Virus record (IMG/VR): IMGVR_UViG_3300009502_000019
DNA length: 33,514 nt
Source: a virus
Taxonomy: Duplodnaviria; Heunggongvirae; Uroviricota; Caudoviricetes
Direction: 5' to 3' (one strand)
Positions 22,943-31,183 of this stretch are shown piece by piece (the first letter of the stretch is position 1; each line of letters starts with the position of its first letter). The notes beneath the pieces were generated by a model. That model was not told the DNA's origin and made no database searches. It saw nothing but the letters and a program-made list of their open reading frames with translations. Position numbers and translations under genes: made by a program.

Positions 22943-23386
22943 TTATCGAATTAGCAGCATTATACTTGCAAACCCCAAGCCTATGATCGGGTCACCCTCG
23001 TCCTGCGGCAAGCTTTTTAAAAGGTTTTCTAAAGTAAAAGACACTGCTAGGTACGGTATAAACCAGTAAAGTTGGAGGTGTCCTGCCATACATAGCCCTA
23101 ATGAGGCTGCAATGCCCACTAGAAGCCCCCAAACACCTCTACCACATCCATCCCCGAAAAGATAGTAAAACTCGCTCTTAGGGCCATATCCAAGCGAAAG
23201 AAACAAGCTCATTGGCGGAAGCATGAGTAATAGAGCCCACCACCAATGCGTTATGATCACGGTAGTCACTGTTATGACCGACGGCATTATAAACCTACGC
23301 GCCGGCAGCCAGTTGTATCCTCCCCACCAGAATAAAACAGCACTAACGATCAACGTAATTAGTTTTAATATCATAGCATACCTCAT
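22943..23386 (-). CDS. Multi-pass membrane hypothetical protein
   Basis: Several hydrophobic helices; ATG at 23386 or GTG at 23398. Confidence 0.65.
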   Translation of the reverse strand: MRYAMILKLITLIVSAVLFWWGGYNWLPARRFIMPSVITVTTVIITHWWWALLLMLPPMSLFLSLGYGPKSEFYYLFGDGCGRGVWGLLVGIAASLGLCMAGHLQLYWFIPYLAVSFTLENLLKSLPQDEGDPIIGLGFASIMLLIR

Positions 23387-23432
23387 TGGCCTTACCACCC
23401 CCTCCGAAGTGGAGGGGGTGTATCTAAACTAC

Positions 23433-24107
23433 TTACCTGTTCTTTAGAGTACTTACTAACGCCTTGGTGCTTCCGTCTTGTATTTTCGACATCGACGTTA
23501 AAAAGTCCTGCTTCATATCAAGAAGCGCTTTCGCTATTGTAGTGTATGAGGTCTTAACGGTCGGATCCAGCGTTGCACTAGCCATTGCATTAGCTGCGTT
23601 AATATTGGAGTCAATCGCCACAAGACCATGATCAATGCTAAGAACTATCTTCCTGGCCTCCTGTGTAAGAGCATCGTGGTCCTCAGTTACCGCGGCAGTA
23701 GCCGCCTCAGCCGCAGCTATTTTAGCTTTCAACGGAGCTACAATAAACTTGTAGATAAGTGGCCATGCTCCTAAGTACGAGATCAGTGCAATGACAGGAA
23801 TGATCATTATTCCTAAATGCAGGAACTTCTGCCACAACGTCTCCGGCGGTTGCTGCGCGTCTGAGTTCTCGAACTCTTCTTTGTAAGTCTCCTTCACAGG
23901 AATAAGCCTATCCGGATGTTTTGGATCTATCTGATAGACAATTCTGGTTGAATCGATGGTATGCACTTGCTTCTTCTGGTTCTTGCTACCACCGTGAAAC
24001 ACGTCACCAAGTGAGCTTATGATCCTAGGCCCCTGCCATATCATCACTCCGAGGGCAGCCAAAGCAAACACTAGCACAATATCCGCGAATCCTTTTCTGT
24101 TACGCAT
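23433..24107 (-). CDS. Membrane-anchored hypothetical protein
   Basis: GGAG SD, N-terminal and central hydrophobic segments, coiled C-terminus. Confidence 0.65.
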   Translation of the reverse strand: MRNRKGFADIVLVFALAALGVMIWQGPRIISSLGDVFHGGSKNQKKQVHTIDSTRIVYQIDPKHPDRLIPVKETYKEEFENSDAQQPPETLWQKFLHLGIMIIPVIALISYLGAWPLIYKFIVAPLKAKIAAAEAATAAVTEDHDALTQEARKIVLSIDHGLVAIDSNINAANAMASATLDPTVKTSYTTIAKALLDMKQDFLTSMSKIQDGSTKALVSTLKNR

Positions 24108-24120
24108 TGTTGTTTCTCCT

Positions 24121-24363
24121 TTATTTTGTCTGGTACGTTTCTATTGACCAAAAGTTCTTGAACCATTGAACAATCCTACTCCAGCTACTTAGCCCGGGAG
24201 TCTGGCTGAGCTGGTACCACGCCTCAACACAGCGAGCTACTGCGGAAAACGCTGTAGCAATACCAGCAACAAGCCCCACTATCATTGTGAGAGCCTGAAA
24301 TATCGCTGTTATTAGCTTCCAGTCTATAGCCTGTAGTACTGCTAGTATCGATTTCCAATCCAT
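24121..24363 (-). CDS. Small membrane protein
   Basis: GGAGG SD before MDWKSIL; one hydrophobic helix. Confidence 0.6.
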   Translation of the reverse strand: MDWKSILAVLQAIDWKLITAIFQALTMIVGLVAGIATAFSAVARCVEAWYQLSQTPGLSSWSRIVQWFKNFWSIETYQTK

Positions 24364-24394
24364 ACTTCCTCCTTTCACAGGTTGTATAAAAGCT

Positions 24395-24730
24395 TTATAT
24401 CCCGCGTACGCAAGCGTACACAGTCCAACGATCTATGTAACTTCCAAAAGCAATAGTGTTGCAGTCAAGAAGGACACGTAGATGGGATCCGCTGGTACCA
24501 AGGACGTCGAATACGACCCTGTCTTTCCAGTAGTCACTATAAGACATCATTGCAACAGCTTCCTTCCATCCGTTTAAGTAGTACTCAGGAGCATGATAGA
24601 GGTTTCGTTCTGCAGCCATGGCCATACAGTGAAGTCTGCAATAATCTGATACGGCCAAATCAACACTGGTTATGTCATTCTTTCCATGCCACCTTCTGAA
24701 TCGGTTTATGGAGTCAAGCATCATACCCAC
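24395..24730 (-). CDS. CAP/SCP-like domain protein
   Basis: INRFRRWHG...HCMAMA...H...SGSHL.VLL..IAFG pattern. Confidence 0.55.
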   Translation of the reverse strand: MGMMLDSINRFRRWHGKNDITSVDLAVSDYCRLHCMAMAAERNLYHAPEYYLNGWKEAVAMMSYSDYWKDRVVFDVLGTSGSHLRVLLDCNTIAFGSYIDRWTVYACVRGI

Positions 24731-24735
24731 CCATC

Positions 24736-25170
24736 TTAGAGCTTCTCCAGGATGATCCAGAGCTCAAATTTGTCAGTAATGCCCTTCACAAGTATTCTGT
24801 CTATGTTTCGTTCGAATACGCGGTCATTCCATCTTGCATCCTCGTAGAGAAGAGTCGCCGGAAGATTGTCTTCGGAGTTATACCTTATGTCTACAGACCC
24901 CTCTTTGACATGAAAGTGTATAGCAAACTTGGTGACCCTGGTGCCAAGGTTGTCCACCTCAGGTATCTTTACAACAGTAGGCCTCGTAACTACAATCGAG
25001 AGCAGTGTCTTGTTGTAGTACGGCTTGTCGCTTACCTTAAGCAGTTGGATTGAGTTTTCGTCGTAATACGCCAAAGAGCACACCTCTTTACCGGGCTCAA
25101 CCACCTTGCCATTAAACTCCCTACTATGAAGAGAAACATTCTTATAAGTTGGACTCATGTTTGGCTCCAA
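24736..25170 (-). CDS. Hypothetical protein
   Basis: 144-aa ORF co-directional and coupled to neighbours. Confidence 0.6.
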   Translation of the reverse strand: MEPNMSPTYKNVSLHSREFNGKVVEPGKEVCSLAYYDENSIQLLKVSDKPYYNKTLLSIVVTRPTVVKIPEVDNLGTRVTKFAIHFHVKEGSVDIRYNSEDNLPATLLYEDARWNDRVFERNIDRILVKGITDKFELWIILEKL

Positions 25171-25924
25171 TTATCGAATCTATGTCTCCGAACGGGAAGC
25201 ACCTTAGCCCACTGCTCCTATTCAGGTTAACGACCGTTATTCCGGCCTGCGCCAGCAGCGGGGATATCTTCTCTATGTCTTGACGGTACTCGTCAAGCTT
25301 CCTGCTAAACTCTGTAAGGTCCCTTTTCTCATACCCCTCGTGCCAATGCGTTGACGTGGAGGCTGCCATATCGTATCCAAGGAGGTAGATTGGGCTGGCA
25401 CCAAGTGCCGCGGCGAGCGTGAGTGCACCAGTACCCGAGTTAGTTCCTGGATGTATACCTTGCTCAAGATTTTCGCGATTAACGGACGGATCAATATTCC
25501 TGCGTACCAAAAGAACATCTCCATTAAACTGCCGGCGCTCCATTGGCGTTATAAACACCCTAGTTCCGCCGTACTTCTTCCAGTATTCAATGAGCGGGAC
25601 TTCTCCAGGTTTGTCAAACTCTCCCCTGTGCATTTGGTCGTAAAACACAGAGTCCATACAGTAGTTAATCGTTGAGTTTGGGTAGTGCTTAAATGCCTTG
25701 TTTATCCCTATGGTGAGCTCACCGTTAAGCCTACTAAAGTCAAACCCTCTGAGGCTCTCCCCACCGCCTATTATGAAGCATCGTCGGCCAAGCCAGCTGT
25801 TTGTGTTAAGGACCTCCGTGATCTTTCTGTTCATACAGTAGGAGTGGTTGCTCTTACCCATGATGATGTTGTCGCGGTACTCGGCACTTACGTTGTTTAC
25901 ACGTTTTATTGCATAGATGGGCAC
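25142..25924 (-). CDS. MptE/MAF-flag10 (DUF115)-like transferase
   Basis: CFIIGGGESL..FDF..IGIN, TNSG..AL..A..LGASPIYLLGYDM; start may be 25861. Confidence 0.7.
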   Translation of the reverse strand: MPIYAIKRVNNVSAEYRDNIIMGKSNHSYCMNRKITEVLNTNSWLGRRCFIIGGGESLRGFDFSRLNGELTIGINKAFKHYPNSTINYCMDSVFYDQMHRGEFDKPGEVPLIEYWKKYGGTRVFITPMERRQFNGDVLLVRRNIDPSVNRENLEQGIHPGTNSGTGALTLAAALGASPIYLLGYDMAASTSTHWHEGYEKRDLTEFSRKLDEYRQDIEKISPLLAQAGITVVNLNRSSGLRCFPFGDIDSIIGAKHESNL

Positions 25925-26547
25925 TGGTTCACCGTGTTCCTAAATTTGCGAGATACCTGGTTATGCACAATAACAGGTGCTTCACACCTGACTTTGGGAG
26001 CACTTCCGTCCGGCATGGACTTTATGTAGCAGTAGGAGATTGGAAGCTCGTAGATCTTAATGCCATTTTTTTTAAGGACCTCATCCAGTACTCTCTGCTC
26101 CCACAAGCTGGAGATGTGACATGCCATATTCCACTCATGAACGATCCTCCTACTCTCAGCGTTGTTCCTTACGAACAGGGTTCCGCTAAGGAGCTCCTTA
26201 GACTGCCCTTCCCCAAACTGCATCCCATACCATTCATTCCTATCAAGTATGTGACACGCAAAGTTGTACTCCTCAGGAATGGTGTCAAAGAGACCCGGGT
26301 ACTGCAGGATCTCAGCGTCGCAGTCAAGAAATACGACGTTTTCCTTGTGGTGCTCGAGTTTGTTAGCAATAAAGTGTGGCTTGTAGCCAGTGTTCTTATG
26401 CCAGCTTCCGAGGCTCTGAACACCAGCTATATCGGCTTTGATCCGTCCGTCCATACGTCTTACAGAGTTCATTAGGTACTCGTGAGCAACTGCATGATAC
26501 GGGGTACCGATCGTATAATATGAGGTGACCACAAAGTTGTGCTCCAT
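25906..26547 (-). CDS. Nucleotide-diphospho-sugar transferase (GT-A)
   Basis: KPHFI, VVFLDCDA (DxD), WEQRVL, IVHNQVSR. Confidence 0.7.
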   Translation of the reverse strand: MEHNFVVTSYYTIGTPYHAVAHEYLMNSVRRMDGRIKADIAGVQSLGSWHKNTGYKPHFIANKLEHHKENVVFLDCDAEILQYPGLFDTIPEEYNFACHILDRNEWYGMQFGEGQSKELLSGTLFVRNNAESRRIVHEWNMACHISSLWEQRVLDEVLKKNGIKIYELPISYCYIKSMPDGSAPKVRCEAPVIVHNQVSRKFRNTVNQCPSMQ

Positions 26548-26605
26548 GTTCCCTCCAAGCTGCTATTTAGCCAAATGTGTGCATCATACCACACGCCTTG
26601 CGCGG

Positions 26606-26929
26606 CTATGCTTGTGTGTAAACTGCTGACCCATCTGGATTGAACGATATAGACACACCATCCGGAATATTAAGTGGAACATAGGCATTGTTTACAGAAT
26701 ATAGGAGCGTTTGAATGCTGGCACTATTGGCAAACAGAGCCGCAGCATCTGTTCCAAAAGCTTCTACAATCTGTTTCGGTGTAAATGTTTTGTCATTCCA
26801 TACGGCTTGGAAAACCTGTGTATGAAGTGTCAGGATCTGCTGGTAAAGGCGAAAGTTCATTCTCTTGATCTGTTCTACCTTGTTCGCTACAGTATTTGTA
26901 TTTGCTTGCGGTAATTCAATAATACTCAT
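26606..26929 (-). CDS. Hypothetical protein (possible fibre accessory)
   Basis: 107-aa ORF with GGAG SD downstream of fibre genes. Confidence 0.55.
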   Translation of the reverse strand: MSIIELPQANTNTVANKVEQIKRMNFRLYQQILTLHTQVFQAVWNDKTFTPKQIVEAFGTDAAALFANSASIQTLLYSVNNAYVPLNIPDGVSISFNPDGSAVYTQA

Positions 26930-26931
26930 CG

Positions 26932-27174
26932 TTATTCTCCTTGTACCGTTAGAATATCTAGCTGTTGTTTTATGATCTGATTCCTCTGTGCTACCTCGAG
27001 CTTATCAGCCTCCGACTGCCCGCGATTTTCTATGTTTTCTATCACGTCACATGCATTCTCAGGCTGAAAGTGTGACACTCTTATGAGTTGCACTGAGCCG
27101 TCATCAAATGTGTACTCAACATCGGTGTTGATTGTGTCTCCCATGATTTCTACTAACTTTACTGTGTATGTCAT
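26932..27174 (-). CDS. Hypothetical protein
   Basis: Likely start MTYTVKL with AGGAG SD. Confidence 0.55.
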   Translation of the reverse strand: MTYTVKLVEIMGDTINTDVEYTFDDGSVQLIRVSHFQPENACDVIENIENRGQSEADKLEVAQRNQIIKQQLDILTVQGE

Positions 27175-27181
27175 ACGACTC

Positions 27182-29137
27182 CTATATGTTGATGATGGTA
27201 TAACCTGCGCCCCTAATGTCTTTATTCGACACCGTATAAACACGCGTGCAGTTATTTGTGCCGTTGCCGTTCCAATTGTAGATAGGGATTACCGAGGCGC
27301 TGGCGTTGATGTTTGCAAGATTTGCCCTATAAATAGCACAGTTCGCGTACGTTCCTCGGTAATTCAACCCCATCACACCAGATAGCGCTCGGAGCCCTGG
27401 CACAGTAGATGCACCCATGAGCATCGAGATACTCGTATTAACCTTCAATGTCTGACCGCCAAGAATATAGACAGATCCATTTGAAGTAATTGTAAGCGCA
27501 TTACACTCCACGTCGTACGCACCTGTGGCAAAGTTGAAGAAGTAGGCACCCAGACAGTTCATCGCATTGCACACCAACTTACTAAGCAGCGTTACTCCAA
27601 CAGATGCTGTTGAAGTAAAGCTGGGGGGAGTCGGTATAGTGGCGAGATCAAGGCTAATATTCTCCGTGCACGTGATGACCGATGTGCCGGAGATTGTGCC
27701 TGCCACATACTTTAAGACAGCCCCGGCACCCAGGTTAAAATTACCCAGTGTTATTGTTCCTGCGGTATTGATGGTTAACTTACCGGCCACAGTAAGAGAC
27801 GCATTACTCACCGACCCGGTCCCGTTCAATATAAATTCCGTAGTGCCGGTTCCGATACCACACGTACCTGACGTGGGCAATCCGCCTCCGATCGTCCAAG
27901 TATACCCATTCGCTGTTACCGTGTAAGCGCCGGACAAGCTACCGGTCTGAACGAGGGCAGAAGAGAGCGTGATTGTCGCGTTACCGCCCATAGCTATGTT
28001 AGCGAATGTGATACCAGAGCAATTCATTGTCGCAGCGCTAATGAACGTGATCGTGCTCCCGGTCGTGGTTATAGTCCCACTCGTATACGTCATCACACCA
28101 GACCCACCGTAAGACACGTTCCCGCTTATGGTAACGTTACCGTTGAACGTAAATGGGCAGCTTGACCCGCCAGCGCCCCCGGTTAAATTAGCGCCAGTCT
28201 GAAACTCAAACACAGTTGTCCCAGACACTCCTGCAGCCGTATTAAAAACACCTTTAATAATGAACTTAAACCCGTTAAAAGTTGACGCCGATGTTAAAGC
28301 CGTAAACTGGTTCGTGTGCGGAACAGTCCAATTATCGAGCAATGTCTTTATCGAACTTGTGTTAAACGACAAATCGTACGGCAACTGAACCCCATTAGAG
28401 GTCATATTATACCCAGAAGCCCCGGCGAAACGCATGGAAGCGCCTGTCCCGCCAGAAACATATGTTGCAGAAGCATTCAACACTGTTGTGCCAGTAACAA
28501 TCGGCATCACACCAGTATTTACAGTAAATGTTCCTGTATAGGAGGTGTGGTCAAAACTTGTGTAAGTAATACTCCCTGTGACATTGATAGCACCGTTTCC
28601 AGACCAATTGACGGAGCAGGACATTACGGAAGTTCCAGAATGCGTCCCCGCAGTTCCAAACTGCACCGTGGTCGTTCCCGCAAGCGTAGACATCAGCGAA
28701 ATATTGCTCACGGTTAATGTGTATAGTCCGTTATGAGTTGTAGCGGAGTTCACATTCAGGGTTGCAATCGTGGAGTTTCCTGTGATGGTCTTTGTCCCAG
28801 CAGTGCCGTAAGTTAAAGTCGGAATGGCCTTACCATTGGTGGTAAGAGCGTTTGTTCCATTGAGAATCAATGCTCCAGTTCCAGTAAGCTGACCCGATGC
28901 TCCAGAAGGTAACGTGCAAGTCCCACCCGTTGCCATCGTGAGCGTTGAAGTCATTACGAGGTTGGTGTTATAGCCAGTAGCGGTAAGCGTGAGACAAGTC
29001 GAGGGAACGTCCACCGTCACCGATCCAGATGTTCCGTTTAGGATTGCTGTGTCAGCGGCCCCCGGAAATCCCGCCCCTCCCCAAGTGGCCGCCGAAGACC
29101 AGTTACCTCCAGCCCCTATCGCTGTATATGTAGCCAT
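27182..29137 (-). CDS. 651-aa Gly/Ser/Thr-rich beta-strand-repeat protein, putative virion fibre/decoration
   Basis: Repetitive G.LT.T/G.I...G strands; N-terminal NWSSAATW..PGAADTA motif; paralogous to 29137..31182. Confidence 0.6.
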   Translation of the reverse strand: MATYTAIGAGGNWSSAATWGGAGFPGAADTAILNGTSGSVTVDVPSTCLTLTATGYNTNLVMTSTLTMATGGTCTLPSGASGQLTGTGALILNGTNALTTNGKAIPTLTYGTAGTKTITGNSTIATLNVNSATTHNGLYTLTVSNISLMSTLAGTTTVQFGTAGTHSGTSVMSCSVNWSGNGAINVTGSITYTSFDHTSYTGTFTVNTGVMPIVTGTTVLNASATYVSGGTGASMRFAGASGYNMTSNGVQLPYDLSFNTSSIKTLLDNWTVPHTNQFTALTSASTFNGFKFIIKGVFNTAAGVSGTTVFEFQTGANLTGGAGGSSCPFTFNGNVTISGNVSYGGSGVMTYTSGTITTTGSTITFISAATMNCSGITFANIAMGGNATITLSSALVQTGSLSGAYTVTANGYTWTIGGGLPTSGTCGIGTGTTEFILNGTGSVSNASLTVAGKLTINTAGTITLGNFNLGAGAVLKYVAGTISGTSVITCTENISLDLATIPTPPSFTSTASVGVTLLSKLVCNAMNCLGAYFFNFATGAYDVECNALTITSNGSVYILGGQTLKVNTSISMLMGASTVPGLRALSGVMGLNYRGTYANCAIYRANLANINASASVIPIYNWNGNGTNNCTRVYTVSNKDIRGAGYTIINI

Positions 29138-31182
29138 CAGTTCACCACCATTTTAAGACCACCACCACCGATATCAGCACCGGTAACACCACGGGCATTG
29201 ACACAACGGGTCGCGGAACCGTTAATAGAGTACAATGGGGCACCACCACTCGCGTCAATATCGACGAACGCGGTCCGCCCGTTAAATAAGTTGTTAAGCG
29301 TCGTCCCTGTGTACTTTATATATGTTTTTGAGGACGGCGTTGCTGAGTTAATTGTGTTCGTGGATCCCACCTGAGCCTGGAAGTTAATGCCGGCACTTAT
29401 GTTCAACGTTCTCCCCGCTACAAGACTAAGCGTGCTTCCGCCTGTTCCGGCAGCCACGGAGCTTAGATATAAACAATAGATATCATAGGCACCAGAGAAT
29501 ATAACAGCGTATGACGATACGAATTGCATAGTGTTACAGTGAAAGTCGGAAGCTAGGGTATAGGTCCCGGCATTAGAAAAATACAAAATATTCCAGAAGG
29601 CAGGGATTCCGTTCACATCAAGGGTCGTTCCTGCGTAAAGATTTATGTAGTTCGAACCGGAGTTATTAACGATGGATCCGGCACCTGCAACATACTTGAG
29701 GTACCCACCGCTCTGCATCACGCAGTTACCAAGAGTGACTGTCCCAACCGGATTGATGGTCAGTTTTCCATTAAATGCTAGCGACGAATTGTGGTAGGTT
29801 CCACCTTTGAAGACGACGGTTGCTGCAGAGCCGGAAACCAGAGTACCGGAACCAGATGTGGGGAATCCACCACTAACGTTGACGTTGTACGCGCCGTTAA
29901 TGGTGAGAGTGGAAGCTAGATTGAACAGACCTGAAATATTGATGTCGGAGTTGAGCGTAAGAGTTGCCGTTGCATTGCTTCCGAAGTTGTTGAATGTAGT
30001 AGCATTCCATCCGGAGCTGAGGGTAGCGTTACCGCCGATAGTCAGCGAGTTTGTTGTCCCAATTGCCCCCATCGTGACTGTTCCACTCGTATATGTCAGC
30101 GTGGGAGGTAATGCACCGCCAAAAGCGAATGACGAGGCGCCACTTCCAAAAGTAACATTCCCTGCAACGGATGTATTGATGTTAAGAGCAGACCCGTAGA
30201 AAGTTCCTCCCGATAACTTAAGGGCGGCGCTGCTCGCTCCAGTAACAACAGAGGAGAGGGTGGCCCCTCCTGAAAGTTCCACGATATAATTTCCACTGAA
30301 GGTCGTTACAGTTCCTGGTGTAAATAGACCTGCGATCTTGGGACCGCTTGAAAGTGTTATCGTCGGACTGCCACTTATAGTTACCTTTCCCCAAGCAACG
30401 CTTGCGGCTGGGGTGTTAAGCGTCATCGAACCTTGAATAAATAGTGTCGACGTCACATCAATACTTACCGTCCCTGCAGTGTATTTCAGTATCCCAGTTT
30501 TGTACCCTACGGACGCTCCTGCTGCTATTGAAAACGTCCCCGCGGTGTTTATCTCGATGTTATTTGAATAATATACGGTCGCTGAACCTGCAGACCAAGT
30601 CCCAGTTCCATTCATTACGATGTTCGTAGTACCAGTTAAATTACAACTCGCAAAATGAGTTAGACTTCCTGCTACATAAATTGTGTTTCCATTAAGCACA
30701 TGTGTGGCTGCAGAGCCCGACGAACCCGGAGCTAAATTACCCGAAATATAAAGATTTCCACCAAGCGTGACTGTTAGAGCTGAGGTAGAGTTGTACGCAA
30801 AACCGCCAGAGAACGGGGTCAAAGAACTAGAGTGATTACCAGGATTAATGGTACAACTACCGGCGATATAGAGGTACGCAGTACCAGCGAAACCACCGCC
30901 AACACCGGTAGCAAAGTAATGTGTTGTAGAGAGAGTGGAAAGCGTCAGAGACTGCGTTAGCGTAACTGTATTGGTATAATTACGCATATCAAGAACGCCA
31001 GTGGTCGATCCAGTATTGACTGTTATGCTGCTTGAACCGGCGTCAAATATTGCCGAATCCCCGGAACCGGTTGGATAGGTTCCAGAGTTCGTGGAAGAAG
31101 CAGAGGATACAGTTGACCAATTGTCGGCCTGATTCCAGTTAGTATTGGTCGGATTGGTATTGCGTTTGTAATAAACAGTCAT
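29137..31182 (-). CDS. 681-aa Gly/Ser/Thr-rich beta-strand-repeat protein, putative virion fibre/decoration
   Basis: NWNQADNW..P..GDSA N-terminus; C-terminus DIDASGGAPLY..RC resembles its paralogue. Confidence 0.6.
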   Translation of the reverse strand: MTVYYKRNTNPTNTNWNQADNWSTVSSASSTNSGTYPTGSGDSAIFDAGSSSITVNTGSTTGVLDMRNYTNTVTLTQSLTLSTLSTTHYFATGVGGGFAGTAYLYIAGSCTINPGNHSSSLTPFSGGFAYNSTSALTVTLGGNLYISGNLAPGSSGSAATHVLNGNTIYVAGSLTHFASCNLTGTTNIVMNGTGTWSAGSATVYYSNNIEINTAGTFSIAAGASVGYKTGILKYTAGTVSIDVTSTLFIQGSMTLNTPAASVAWGKVTISGSPTITLSSGPKIAGLFTPGTVTTFSGNYIVELSGGATLSSVVTGASSAALKLSGGTFYGSALNINTSVAGNVTFGSGASSFAFGGALPPTLTYTSGTVTMGAIGTTNSLTIGGNATLSSGWNATTFNNFGSNATATLTLNSDINISGLFNLASTLTINGAYNVNVSGGFPTSGSGTLVSGSAATVVFKGGTYHNSSLAFNGKLTINPVGTVTLGNCVMQSGGYLKYVAGAGSIVNNSGSNYINLYAGTTLDVNGIPAFWNILYFSNAGTYTLASDFHCNTMQFVSSYAVIFSGAYDIYCLYLSSVAAGTGGSTLSLVAGRTLNISAGINFQAQVGSTNTINSATPSSKTYIKYTGTTLNNLFNGRTAFVDIDASGGAPLYSINGSATRCVNARGVTGADIGGGGLKMVVN

Positions 31183-31183
31183 C

